Source: Octopus bimaculoides | Lineage: Eukaryota | DNA length: 64,000 nucleotides | Assembly: GCF_001194135.2 (NCBI RefSeq) | Contig: NC_069004.1 | Location: 19,464,343 to 19,528,342 of the forward strand | Direction of reading: 5' to 3' | Shown here: positions 24,848-38,799 of the stretch, in pieces | How the letters are laid out: every line of letters begins with the position of its first letter | How positions within the stretch are numbered: the stretch's first letter is position 1 | Program-made: the position numbers and the translations under genes | Notes under the pieces: model-generated | The model's input: the letters and a program-made list of their open reading frames with translations, nothing else | Databases searched by the model: none | Told to the model about the DNA's origin: nothing

Positions 24848-26480
24848 TCATCATCGTTTAACGTCCGCTTTCCATGCTAGCATGGGTTGGACGATTTGAC
24901 TGAGGACTGGTGAAACCGGATGGCAACACCAGGCTCCAATCTAATTTGGCAGAGTTTCAACAGCTGGATGCCCTTCCTAACGCCAACCACTCAGAGTGTA
25001 GTGGGTGCTTTTACGTGTCACCCGCACGAAAACGGCCACGCTCGAAATGGTGTCTTTTATGTGCCACCCGCACAAGAGCCAGTCCAGGGGCACTGGCAAC
25101 GATCTCGCTCGAAAACCCTACAAGGCCAGTCAGGCGGTNNNNNNNNNNNNNNNNNNNNNNNNNNNNNNNNNNNNNNNNNNNNNNNNNNNNNNNNNNNNNN
25201 NNNNNNNNNNNNNNNNNNNNNNNNNNNNNNNNNNNNNNNNNNNNNNNNNNNNNNNNNNNNNNNNNNNNNNNNNNNNNNNNNNNNNNNNNNNNNNNNNNNN
25301 NNNNNNNNNNNNNNNNNNNNNNNNNNNNNNNNNNNNNNNNNNNNNNNNNNNNNNNNNNNNNNNNNNNNNNNNNNNNNNNNNNNNNNNNNNNNNNNNNNNN
25401 NNNNNNNNNNNNNNNNNNNNNNNNNNNNNNNNNNNNNNNNNNNNNNNNNNNNNNNNNNNNNNNNNNNNNNNNNNNNNNNNNNNNNNNNNNNNNNNNNNNN
25501 NNNNNNNNNNNNNNNNNNNNNNNNNNNNNNNNNNNNNNNNNNNNNNNNNNNNNNNNNNNNNNNNNNNNNNNNNNNNNNNNNNNNNNNNNNNNNNNNNNNN
25601 NNNNNNNNNNNNNNNNNNNNNNNNNNNNNNNNNNNNNNNNNNNNNNNNNNNNNNNNNNNNNNNNNNNNNNNNNNNNNNNNNNNNNNNNNNNNNNNNNNNN
25701 NNNNNNNNNNNNNNNNNNNNNNNNNNNNNNNNNNNNNNNNNNNNNNNNNNNNNNNNNNNNNNNNNNNNNNNNNNNNNNNNNNNNNNNNNNNNNNNNNNNN
25801 NNNNNNNNNNNNNNNNNNNNNNNNNNNNNNNNNNNNNNNNNNNNNNNNNNNNNNNNNNNNNNNNNNNNNNNNNNNNNNNNNNNNNNNNNNNNNNNNNNNN
25901 NNNNNNNNNNNNNNNNNNNNNNNNNNNNNNNNNNNNNNNNNNNNNNNNNNNNNNNNNNNNNNNNNNNNNNNNNNNNNNNNNNNNNNNNNNNNNNNNNNNN
26001 NNNNNNNNNNNNNNNNNNNNNNNNNNNNNNNNNNNNNNNNNNNNNNNNNNNNNNNNNNNNNNNNNNNNNNNNNNNNNNNNNNNNNNNNNNNNNNNNNNNN
26101 NNNNNNNNNNNNNNNNNNNNNNNNNNNNNNCATCTACCTGAAGGGGTTTGTGTTTTATCTACGTTCCTACTTATTAGGATTTTGGTTTTTGCTAGGTTGA
26201 CTCTAAGGCCCTTCGATTCTAGTCCTTGCTTCCACACCTTAAACTTCTCCTCTAGTTCTGATAGTGACTGCGCAATTAGTGCAAGGTCATCAGCATAGAG
26301 GAGCTCCCAGGGGCAACCTGTCTTGAATTCCTTTGTGATCGCTTGGAGGACTATGATAAATAGGAGGGGGCTGAGGACGGAACCTTGGTGGACCCCTACC
26401 TCTACCCGGAATTCATTACTGTACTCATTTCCAACCCTCACCTTACTGACAGCATCTCTGTACATGGCTCGCACAGCTCT
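24848..26480 (-). mobile_element. 5'-truncated RTE-clade LINE, middle hidden in a 992-N gap
   Basis: 26131-26474 encodes MYRDAVSKVRVG...GVHQGSVLSPLLF...LLYADDL...GLRVNLAKTK with no stop. 24848-25138 is a well-conserved 3' UTR ending in (GAT)n. Joining the two across the gap is an inference. Confidence 0.85.
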
Positions 26481-27151
26481 TACTAACCATTACACCATGT
26501 CAAAGCTAAGATGGTTTAACACAATTTTCAATAAAAATACCTTCAGATTATCATAGTAACACAGAAACAGTATATGAGATTTTTTTAACACAAAAAATGT
26601 ACCAATAACAGGTTTAATATCATGACTGGTCTTAAGTGTATATTAATGACTCATATAATATCAACATTGGAATACATTTCTTTTCGTGTTTCCCATGTCC
26701 TGAGATAAACCTGATCAGTCTCGTCATCATTCTCTTACTAATATATATATATATATATATATTTATAAACAGGGGAGATAACTCCAGTAAGATTGTTTTT
26801 ACCTTTGTGTGACACAAAATATATAAATACACAATGGTATTTATATAAGACTGATAAGGTACTTATTCAAGTTCAATAATTATGTTCCACAGTACAGTAT
26901 TTATCTGTGTAGTCATAGTTGCCACAAGTCCTTTACCTGCAAAACATTATCCAACTGATAAGCTTCATTCATTAACCTTGTAACAGCATTACTTTGATCG
27001 TGTACCTAGCTAGTTGAGTCACCTGACATAGAATGTAAAAACACAGCAAGCAGTACTACAATATGAATGTTATCTCTCTCTCTCTTATATAATGCATTCT
27101 CATTCTCTGACTATATCGCATTGCTAGTACACCTTTGAAGTCCTACAAAGG

Positions 27152-27328
27152 TTATAAGGTCAAGTACTTCAAAGGATTCCCGACCAAGCTTGGCTTCTTG
27201 AAACCCATTGGCACTTCTGCATTTGATCCATTTTGTAAACTGCTTTGACTTATTTTCTGTTGGTTTAACTTCAACAATTTCAGAAACTCTTGCCAATGAT
27301 AAACAGCCGTCTCACCATAGAATTTGAA
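27152..27328 (-). CDS. Candidate terminal coding exon, unidentified
   Basis: Possible acceptor ttctttgaaatag, then an open frame FKFYGETAVYHWQEFLKLLK...GFKKPSLVGNPLKYLTL and stop, followed by unique UTR-like AT-rich DNA. No recognised homology. Confidence 0.2.
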   Translation of the reverse strand, partial: FKFYGETAVYHWQEFLKLLKLNQQKISQSSLQNGSNAEVPMGFKKPSLVGNPLKYLTL

Positions 27329-28259
27329 CTATTTCAAAGAATATTATAATTCATTTGACCGTTTGATATTGGAAAATGGTGATTTCAAGACTTTTGACCA
27401 TCTTGGGGGTCTTGAAGGATTTAGAAGAGAGATTAATTTTAAAAGAAATAGGCATGGCTGAGTGGTTAAGAAGTTCACTTCTCAGTCATGTGGTTTCAGG
27501 TTCAATTCCATTGAGCAGCATTTTGAACAAGTGTCTTCTACTCTAACTCCAGGCTGGTCAAAACTTTGTGAGAAGATTTGGTCGTGAAAAACTGAAAAAA
27601 AGATGTATCTATAAATCTCTCTGCTTATCTATATATATCTTATATATCACTATTTGATATCCACTTTCCATGCAGGTATGGACTGGATGGTTCGGCAAAG
27701 ATCTGAACTGGAGGATCAGGTAATACTCCAATGTCTGTTTTGCATGGTTTCTATGGCTGGATGCCCTTCCTAATACAAACCAATTTAGAGTGCTTTTTTC
27801 ATGATCTCAGCACTAGTGAGGTGGCCTTGCAACATGCAACACTAAAGATCTTAAAGAGCCCCCACACATGAAAAAAGAGGAGAGTGTGTGATGATTTTAG
27901 GTAAGATGACATGAGAAGTATGATGTGAGGAACATATTTATGGTTGTGAGTCTGCAGTAGTGGAGTAGGATATAGAGTGTATACTATGGGGAGAGAGTAA
28001 GGGAGAAGAGAGGGATTAGTGTCAGGGTTTAGTGAGAAAGAGGAAAGAATGGTAAGATTGATGAAGGTGGGTGGAGACACTGGGATCCAGTACTAATGCG
28101 TATTAATATACATGCATGTGTGTACGTGTCTGCGTTTGCATTTGTGCTTCTCTGAAAATTGTTGAGTGGTTATGTTGTTCCTTGATTTTGTACCTTCAAA
28201 GACATTTGGAATAATAGGTCCCTTACTCGGTAAACAGATACAGATTAGTGATGGGAAGG

Positions 28260-28560
28260 GCATCTGGTAGTGGGACCCTGATTCAGGAGTTCCAGGTTTT
28301 TGAGGTGTGTGGGACCACCTCTCAGCCACTTTCATTCCCAGATTTTTTCTGACCTGGAGTAGTAGCATGTATCAGGGTTCTGGCTATGGATTTGATAGCA
28401 TGTAATCACAAGAGCCAGGGTATGTTGAAATCATGGGATGTAGTATGTTGGATGTGAACTATTTTAGCAGATGAACTTATTTGAGTCAATGGTGAGTATC
28501 AGTAGGAGCTGAGCGGATGAACAGACAACAATTTCTGTTAACAGCCTGAATCAACTAGGT
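28260..28560 (-). repeat. Unclassified dispersed repeat, copy 2 of 8700-8965
   Basis: Reverse-complement similarity to 8700-8965. Confidence 0.75.
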
Positions 28561-29367
28561 TCAGTTAGCGAACTACTGCTATCATCTGTAGCTGAGGTGG
28601 GTATAGATGAGATATTTCAGTTAGTCAAAGATCAATTGAAACATCTGGCATGGAAGAGTTACATCGGTCAGGGCAAGTTGTCCAACTTGGATGGATGGAA
28701 GGAATCCATGCTAGCATGGAAAAATGAATGCAAAAATAAATGAAAAATCTTTACAGGTGCCATATTTGGTTTTATGGTGTAATATGAACATTATTATGTG
28801 AACCACTTAAACAATGTTTTCTACTCAATGTTCCAGTAGCAAGAGTATGATATTAAATATAATTAACACTTATTCTTTCACTTGTTTCAATCATAAGACT
28901 GCGACCATGCTGGGGCATCACCTTGAAGAATTTTAGTCGAATGAATCAACCCCAGTACTTCTTTTTTAAGCCTGGTACTTATTCTATTGACTTCTTTTGT
29001 TGATCGCCTAATTTACGGGGACATAAACATACCAACACTGGTTGTCAAGTGGCAGTGGGGGACAAACATACACACACACACACATATATATATATAATAT
29101 ATAATAAAGATTCTGTTGAATTAGGTACTTAAATTGAGGCACCTCGTTAGGTCGGTATAATCCACACACTCAAACAATATTAATTGAATAGTGAATATCC
29201 AGACTCCATGCAGGGGTGTTTGTACCTGATATTCCTGCCGTGTGTGCAGACAACGCAAACCAGCTAAGTGAAGATATCCGCTCTTGGTAATTCAGACATG
29301 TACTTTTTATAAAGGTACTTTCTATAGTATTTCCAAAGTGCAGATTCCAAGTTAGGCGAGCAAGATA

Positions 29368-29939
29368 TAAACGAGTAACAAAGATGTACAGGTGTCAATT
29401 CATTATGGCTGTTTCAAGTGACACCATTAACTGATAAATTAAAACATTTCATCATTTGAAAGTGACCGTTCTCGTTGGATGACCGCATAGACTTCAAACA
29501 CAAAGGATACAAGCATTTCCTTAACATATTCACATCAATAATGGAACTCAAAATATTTACATTGTTTCTTATGTCATATCTCTGGTAGAATGAGTTTAGC
29601 AAATAATGCATTTCTTGTTAAGTGCACTATAATTTAGAGAGTAGCAGTCTATTAAATACAACTAGGTCACCACTCCCTTTATCTTGACCCCCACTATTTC
29701 CTCTGCCATTGTCTAAATTATAGCCACAGATATGACAAAAGAAACTGTATATATTTTGAGTTCTATTACTGATGTGAATATGCTAAGGAAATGCTTGTAT
29801 CCTTTATGTTTAAAGTCTATATGGTCATCTGACGAGAACAGTCACTTTCAAGTGATGAAATGCTTTCATTAATCAAATAAAGGAGTCATTTGAAATGGCC
29901 ATAATGAATTGACACCTGTACATCTTTGTTACCCATTTA
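29368..29939. mobile_element. Foldback / long-TIR MITE with TA flanks
   Basis: Inverted arms of about 217 bp (29368-29584 and 29723-29939), roughly 85% similar by eye, with a spacer of about 140 bp and TA on both sides. Confidence 0.85.
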
Positions 29940-32559
29940 TACATATACATATATATATATGGTATGTCTCTTTCAGTTTCCATCTACCAAATCCACTCAT
30001 AAGGCTTTGGTTGGCCCAAGGTGCCACACAGTGGTACTGAACCCAAAACCACATGGTTGGGAAGTAAACTTCTTACCACACAGCTACGCCTGTGTGTATA
30101 CTAGGGCTGTAAAAGATATGAAGTCAGCTCTGGTTTGTTTCATTGTGGGTTTAAAAGATTTGGATCTACTTTTAAGGAAACGTATGCTATTTTAATTGCT
30201 AGCATTCCGTTTTAGAAGACAGAAAATGTGTTGACTCTGAAGTCCAACAGTACTCGGAAACAAGAAATAATAATTTGTTCCTTTATCTTTCCTATCTGCC
30301 ATTTCTAATTTGCTGAGCCAATTCTTCCAAGTGTGTGAGCTATTATAGCTAGAGTTGTTGCGATGTTGAAGCATTATGTGTGGTGGGATGTAGTTCGTCA
30401 CTATTATAAGTCAACTCAGGTGTTTATTCACGTCCAATAATGAAGTCCTGTAGTAAAGTGTTTATCCAGATGTAGCAGGAAGAGGTCATTTATTTCCAGA
30501 GCTCTCCTAAGCGAACTAGTAACCATGTTAAATAGAGCTGATCATGTGATCATCGTGTTGAATCACCTGATGTAAACCATATAACGTGCAACAAGACTGC
30601 AATAATAATGTTATAATTGTAGTCTTTTAATTAATTTTAGACAAGAAATACAGAATTAAGAAACCAAAATAATGTTTTTCAATGTATATTCACCCATTCT
30701 AAGATTTGTGAGCCGAGAAAAAAAAATATTGCTTAAAATATATAAAAATTGTTCCTCATTTCATTATGAAATATATTTTAAAAATCTTTTAGATATGACA
30801 TCAAAATTCCAAGAACTTGTTCAATTTGTTTGATAGGCACTTGAGGTCTATTTCTCTGATGGTTTGTAATTCTTTCAAGTTAGCAGTTATTAGCAACTGT
30901 ATTCGTTAAAATAGACATTGCCATCTATTTCATAAGAAAGAAACAGAAATATGAACACACACGAAAGGATGGGAATTGTAAAGCATTTTCTTTTTACATA
31001 AAACATGAAGACTCGTAGAATCAATTCAATCCAAGTGATATAGATTAAGTGAGGTTCATGCTTATTCCCAAGAACATGATTTAGCAACGTAAGGGAAACG
31101 AATAGCATCTCAAGAAACGAAATCCAGGAAGTGTGATAAAAAAGCAAACACAAAGAAAGACAAAGTAGGGAAAAAAGCCGCCTCCGCCTCAGAGAGAGAG
31201 AACGAAATAGAGAGAAGAAGAAAGAGGGAGAGACAGGGGAAGAGACAGAGAAATACAGAGCTAGAACAAGAGGAATGTTTAAGGGGGAGAGTGAGAGGAG
31301 CATGAAATGACAGATAACGAGATGCAAACAATGAAAGTGGGATGGATTTGGAGAAAGAACACAGCAAAAAGGAAGTGAGTGAGTAGAAGCAGGAGTTGAT
31401 TTAGCAAGAGAAAGCGAGAGACGGAGGAAAATAGAAAGAAAGAGAGAGAGAGAGAGAGAGTTGCAAAGAGAGAAAGAAAGTCTATCATTTGGCTCATGGT
31501 GGCGAAGTTGGCGGATCGTAGCGCTGGTGGTACTATAGTATTGTCTGTAGTAAGCAGTAGTACCCGTTGTTGTTTTCGTACAAGTTAGGAGCAGCAATAG
31601 TAATGTGATACACGACCACCACCACCATCATCATCATCATCATCGTTATCATCATCATCATTATCATCTCCATCATCAACACCACCACCATCATCACAGT
31701 TCTATCATAATCACCACCACGACAACGAAATGGTACGAAGGAAGAAAGCAGGAGTAGAAGTGAGGAGGAAGTGACTTGCATTTCAATTAGTTACACTGTA
31801 ATATTTTAAAAACTGTCTTGTCTTTCCCATAACAACATATACACACACACACACACATACACACCTAGATATATAATTATATATACATATATATGTATAT
31901 ATATTTATCCAAAATTCGACCTCGTTTTCTGTCCTCAGTTAATCTATTTCCATTTTAGTTTTTGTTTATATATATATATATGTATATATATATATTTATA
32001 TATATAGACCCCACGTCATATTTTAGCAACCACACCTTATTGCATTCAATAATTAATATGAATTATTAATTAATTGTTAATAATAGTAATGCATTTCTTT
32101 TAAGTAACTTTAAAGAAAATACAGAGATGTAAGATATTCCCTATAGAAGTAATACTAACTCTCTCCTACTTCAGATAATATCTCGCACTACGATCCAAAA
32201 TAAACCCCACACACATAAGAAAGAAAAGAACAACAAAAAAAAAAAACAACGCACTAACCATTTAATTAAATTTCACTGTAACAAAAACCAACCACTAATA
32301 CAGACAATACCATTCCACATCGTTTCTCTGAAATATCTCTCGAGATACGAAATAAAATCAGTGCTGGCCACCGTTTATTTCTTAAAGCTCTCAGTACAAT
32401 TTAGTAGTAGAGGAGACGAAAATAGTAAAATCAACATCAACAATAACAAACAAATCTCTGAGACACTTATTTGTTTTTCTTATAATTTTTCTTCTCTTCT
32501 CTCATTCGTCTCTGACATCAATCACCACATCAGATAAAGATCAGACACATCAGGTAAGT

Positions 32560-33080
32560 TAAACTTAATGGTCTATTTATATATATATACAATCTTTTGG
32601 TTTCATTTTTCTGTCATATATATATATACATACATATATAATTTATATATATAATATTGTATATAAATAATATATATATTATATATATATAATATTATAT
32701 ATAATATATATCTTTAATATTACATGTATATTACATATATATTAGATATGTATATCTTATATATATGTAATATATATATAATATATATATCATATATATA
32801 TATAATATATATATCATATATATATATAATATATATATCATATATATAATATATATATATATCTTATATATATTATATAATATAATATATATGTATATCA
32901 TATATATATATTATATGATATATATGTATGTATATCATATATGATATATATGTATGTATATCATATATATATATATATATGTATGTATATCATACATATA
33001 TATTATATAAATATATATATATATATATAATATAATATATTTAATATAATATATGATATATATATATATATATATATTTA
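32560..33080. repeat. About 500 bp degenerate (TA)n array
   Basis: Direct inspection. Confidence 0.95.
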
Positions 33081-33150
33081 GTAGTATTGTTCCGTTAACT
33101 GGTGGAATCAACAGACATTACTACAGCCAGCGATCTCTCTCTCTCTCTCT

Positions 33151-33194
<44 letters not shown>

Positions 33195-34544
33195 TCGAAA
33201 CCTAGTTTTACAAATTGTAAAACCCTTGAGTTTGATGATTCCAAGTTTTCAAACGAATACTTTTCTCCCCGTTTGTAAATATATAAACCTCTAAAACTTA
33301 AACAGCAAATAGAAGTCACAGAGTTGAGCCTTTGTTAGCAACAATCAGCGTTGGCTATATATATCGGTGATCAATTTTATAGAATATCTGAAAGAAAGAA
33401 GAGTGGCGGGGGACAGTGATCTGCAACAGTGTGAGCATATAGAGCTATATAAGTGTGTGCTCCAGCATGAACTCAACAGACAGACGTGTTATCTTTCTCT
33501 CTCCTTTTTATATATATACACACACACGTTTTTATACAGATAAAGGAGATTTTGTAGTTGAAACAAATGTATATTCGCGCGCGTTTACATCTTTTTATTT
33601 GTATAGTTTTTCACATTTGCACTTTTGTATACATAAAATACATATATATATATATATACACAGCATATACATACACACACACATATATATACGACGCCGA
33701 CATTAGTACTTTATACAACTAACTTGCTTGAATATTCTCAAGATCATATTAAAACTTCTCGGCTAATTTAATTCGGTGTTTATGTCCGAAAATAGTGATG
33801 AGGTAAATAAATATATAAATAACTTGCTTGATCGAAGCCTATTTTCATTTAACACACGTAGACACGTAAGCATATACATATATATATATATACACACACA
33901 CATGTAATTTTACAAAATAACCGTGTAGACCATGCACACATACAAAGACCAGTTTCATGCACAGTAATACTTGACACAAAAATGTAATTATATACAGACT
34001 CATTGGCGCGCTCATTTACGAATATCCTTTTATAAAATAATAAAAGGATATATATATGTGTGTGTGTATGCACACGCTCACACATGCGGTTTAATAAAAT
34101 GTACATTAAATTAGGCACAATTTTCATAAAATTAATCTACACATCGCACAGCGTCCACGCACATGTTCCCGTTTCATAATTATAATTCTATATATATANN
34201 NNNNNNNNNNNNNNNNNNNNNNNNNNNNNNNNNNNNNNNNNNNNNNNNNNNNNNNNNNNNNNNNNNNNNNNNNNNNNNNNNNNNNNNNNNNNNNNNNNNN
34301 NNNNNNNNNNNNNNNNNNNNNNNNNNNNNNNNNNNNNNNNNNNNNNNNNNNNNNNNNNNNNNNNNNNNNNNNNNNNNNNNNNNNNNNNNNNNNNNNNNNN
34401 NNNNNNNNNNNNNNNNNNNNNNNNNNNNNNNNNNNNNNNNNNNNNNNNNNNNNNNNNNNNNNNNNNNNNNNNNNNNNNNNNNNNNNNNNNNNNNNNNNNN
34501 NNNNNNNNNNNNNNNNNNNNNNNNNNNNNNNNNNNNNNNNNNNN

Positions 34545-34622
<78 letters not shown>

Positions 34623-36018
34623 TACATATGTATATTTGTATATGTATGTATGTGTTGGAGGGAAAGGAGAGACGTGCATAATTATATGCAAGGCGACTTG
34701 TTTTCCTCTTGAAGATATTTGGATATATAAATAGACAATGATAAAGAGAAGGAGATAAACCTCGAAACACACACACACACAGAGTAAACAGAGAGAGTAT
34801 CTATGTGATTGATGCTCGACCTTCTAGAAACAATAGTCAGAACTCCCTCAAAATCATTGTCCCTTGTTTTAAAAAGTATGGAAAAAGGACATCTTGGTGC
34901 CTAATGCCTGTAAAACAACATATAATAAAAAAAAACGGGTTGGTCATGGCTTCAGTGCAATTGATCAAAGGTCTGCTTTGATCAGGGGTTGACCTGGGGC
35001 TCAACAAGGAAAAAACACATTTATATGTATAAATATCTATATATAGACAGTTAGATACATAATAGGTCTACTCAAATAGGGCTCTGAACAGAGATTGTGT
35101 GTGTGGCTACAAAGAGAGAAAGAGAAAGAATGCATTTGATGTTTTATTGTCAAGTTCACTCCTGTCAATTGACCACCATCGTCGTCTTCGCCATTTTGCA
35201 AGGGACCTTAATAGATCCATCCAATGTCCAGGCGCACAACTGACACTTTATTTGTATCGCACTGATCTTCACCTCTTATCACATTATCTATATGTCTATC
35301 ATTCTTTCTTTATCTCCATTCTCATCCTACTTCTTACACCCATATTCTTTTCTTTACTATTTTCTCACAGCATCAATACACACACACGCACAACACGCTC
35401 TCTCTTTCTTACTCTCTCCCTCTCTGTATATATTATACTTTTTCACATTTATCTTCCTCTTTTCTCTCTCTCTGTATGTCATTCTCTAACATTTAGCCTT
35501 TTCTTTTTCCTCTCTCTGTCTTTATCTCATACTCTCTTACATTTATCCTCCCCTTCTCACTCTCTATATCATACTCTGCTACATCTACCACTCTTTTCTT
35601 TCACTCTCTCTCTGTACGTCACACTCTCACATTTTCCTCCCCTTCTCTCTCTCTCTATACATTTCTTAATCTCTCTATCTCTCACCCTTATTCTCTTATA
35701 TCTATATCTCTGTACCTCTTTCCCCTCGCAAGGCTGTTGTCGCCATTGCGTTACGTCCCTTTAAACACATCAACCAGCGCCGGCTTCCTTCGAAACGTCT
35801 TGAGAATTCCCCCTCTGAGCCCTTCATCATCATCATCAACACCGCCATCATCTTCATCCAACTCCTCTTTCTGCATCTCACTTTCTTCAAATGAAGCTCA
35901 AGTAAAACGTTACGAAAATCAGGTGATAGATCAATTATTATTATTATTCGTAATTTAATGTTTTATTATTGTGTTGTTTTATATGTCTGTGACAGTGCAC
36001 TTGCCTGGGTCTCTATGC

Positions 36019-36072
<54 letters not shown>

Positions 36073-36562
36073 CCTCTACAAAACATCTGAAATATACACA
36101 CACGATATGTATGTATTTGTGCACATTATATGCCTGTGTCTAATATANNNNNNNNNNNNNNNNNNNNNNNNNNNNNNNNNNNNNNNNNNNNNNNNNNNNN
36201 NNNNNNNNNNNNNNNNNNNNNNNNNNNNNNNNNNNNNNNNNNNNNNNNNNNNNNNNNNNNNNNNNNNNNNNNNNNNNNNNNNNNNNNNNNNNNNNNNNNN
36301 NNNNNNNNNNNNNNNNNNNNNNNNNNNNNNNNNNNNNNNNNNNNNNNNNNNNNNNNNNNNNNNNNNNNNNNNNNNNNNNNNNNNNNNNNNNNNNNNNNNN
36401 NNNNNNNNNNNNNNNNNNNNNNNNNNNNNNNNNNNNNNNNNNNNNNNNNNNNNNNNNNNNNNNNNNNNNNNNNNNNNNNNNNNNNNNNNNNNNNNNNNNN
36501 NNNNNNNNNNNNNNNNNNNNNNNNNNNNNNNNNNNNNNNNNNNNNNNNNNNNNNNNNNNNNN

Positions 36563-36606
<44 letters not shown>

Positions 36607-37522
36607 TGGTAGAGCAAACAAGAGACAATTTTAATCGCCAGAAAGTTACAAAATTATACATACATATGCGTGTGTATATATTTATATATGTGTATATACA
36701 TGTGTGTGTGTAGAGAGAGAGAGAGATGAAATGTATGTGTGTCAGTGAGGAATCCTGTAAATTCTGCCTCTCATCATCATCATCGTAACCATTCTTCATC
36801 CAAAATGTCGGCCTCAGTTTGTTTGTCTGTCTGAGAATCCTGGTATATCTTAATGTTTCTCTTGTACTGCTACTATTTTAAACACCACACAGAATCGTAC
36901 AAGAGAGAGAGGAGTCATTATGGCGGGCTAGCTGAGAAAACGAATGAAAATAAGCTTTGTGAGGCGAATGGCAGAAGAAGCATGTTCGGTTCGGTTCGCT
37001 ACTTGTGTCTAAAGTTGGTTGTCGACGGCCAGCCATTGTGTGTGTGTCTGTGTGTGTAGTTTTGTCTGGTTCCATCACGATCTGTGGGTGGGGTCACAAT
37101 TATTAATGTACGTACACACACCATCACCACCACTATCATCATCTTCATCTTCATCACCTATTTTCATATTTTATTATTTTTCTTTATTCTTCACCGATTA
37201 TTACTTTGGATTGAACTGTCATCTCACTCACAAGAACAAGATCCACATGCTTGCAAATAAAAAAAAACATCGAAAATCTCTATTTTTTTCTCTTTTCTTC
37301 CCCTGTCCGCCTTTCCTCTTCATCACAAGCACACGCATACATTAAATGCGTATATAACACACACACACGTGTGCGGGTACATATGACTGTGAGTCTGAGT
37401 CTGTCTATGTAAGCACACACAGAAACTTAGAATCTACATTCCAAAGCAAATACAGACCTCTATCCATTACTGGAAAATACAGTTCATATAAACACACTGT
37501 ACATACATCTGTATGTACACTG

Positions 37523-37559
<37 letters not shown>

Positions 37560-38766
37560 GTGTATGTGTGTATTCACATATATACACACATACATACTTA
37601 CCATCTGACACATCTTCATAAATGGTAAAGCTTACATACCTTGCTTTGAATCACAAATAAATGAGCCAAATTGCAGAATTTAGATAGATAAACGTTAGCT
37701 GCTCTATATGGTCTCAAATATACACATACACACATAAACATTAGGTTTTAAAAAACTTTTAGATTTTGCAAATCGACTTTTCACTCGAAAAAAAGTTTGA
37801 TAATAGCAGTGAATTGATTCGCGCGCTCACACATTATCCATGTATGTGTATATAATGTACTGATCCGTTATATATATATAGTATTGAAGCCCTAAGCAGT
37901 TTCTGTACACTTAATTCATTTATTCAATTAGAAAGTTGAGTGTGAATATCAGATCAACTTACTTTCAGCTAAATACGCACATACACACAGATATATATAT
38001 ATATAATTAGTCCATTAAAAATCACAAGCATTTGTTTCTGTTGTGACTTACAAGTGAAAGCTGCTCCACAATACCTAATTAATTATTCAGTCACATTAAA
38101 CACTAACATCACTGATTCCTACTACCACCCTTCTTTAAATTTTGTAGTATTGCCATTTTAAACTTTGATAAAATTATAATGAAAATAACTTGGGAGACAT
38201 TGTTTCATCACTAAAATGTAGAACGAGTCGCCATCTCTACTAACTGCCCCCCCCCTCTATACTCTTGTTTATTTTTCCCGCAAATTTCATTAAAAAATCA
38301 TCTGCTTTGAAACCCAACAACACTTGTCAAATGCTTGTGTGTTATCTTCAATTGTTATCTTATCTTTTCGCATTCTCGACTCGGTTTCGATAGCTGTTTG
38401 GAATATCATCATATTTGAATATTTGCTAATAATATATTTGAGAAAGGCATGAACAATTACAACATCAGTATTTTCTCACACTAAAATATCTTAGATTTCC
38501 TGTCAGTACAGGATAAATTTTCTCCACCACCCGACTTTCTGTTGGACACCGTTTGCGGAATGTAAAAGTACTCTTGGAAACGAGTTCGTGACCCGGCCTA
38601 CTTTCCATCATAAACCAGCACAGCGCCACCTCCCTCTCTCCGTTCTTTTATTAATTTTATTTAATTCAATTCAGAATATATTATTACCGACTCTCATGTT
38701 GAGTGTCGTGAAAGCGGTATTTTTGTCTTTAACATTTTCCTGAATTTCGATATGATTATAACGAAG

Positions 38767-38799
<33 letters not shown>

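Noticed and set aside
29150-29360. Possible decayed Penelope GIY-YIG remnant (GCLYLIFLPC...)
   Set aside because: The similarity is too faint to call by eye. tBLASTn against Penelope ORFs would decide.
30890-31597. 235-aa ORF, and a 72-aa hydrophobic ORF starting at gccaccATG (31497, minus strand)
   Set aside because: The Leu/Ser/Phe bias comes from a CT-rich tract and there is no recognisable domain. The Kozak-like context alone is not enough.
35099-35958. 221-aa CT-rich ORF and an exon-like segment at about 35722-35921
   Set aside because: Low-complexity composition and a weak donor (gtgata). It could be UTR but cannot be supported as coding.
38620-38640. CTCF-like aggtggcgctg on the minus strand
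   Set aside because: Only the 3' half of the consensus matches, and a single partial motif is expected by chance.
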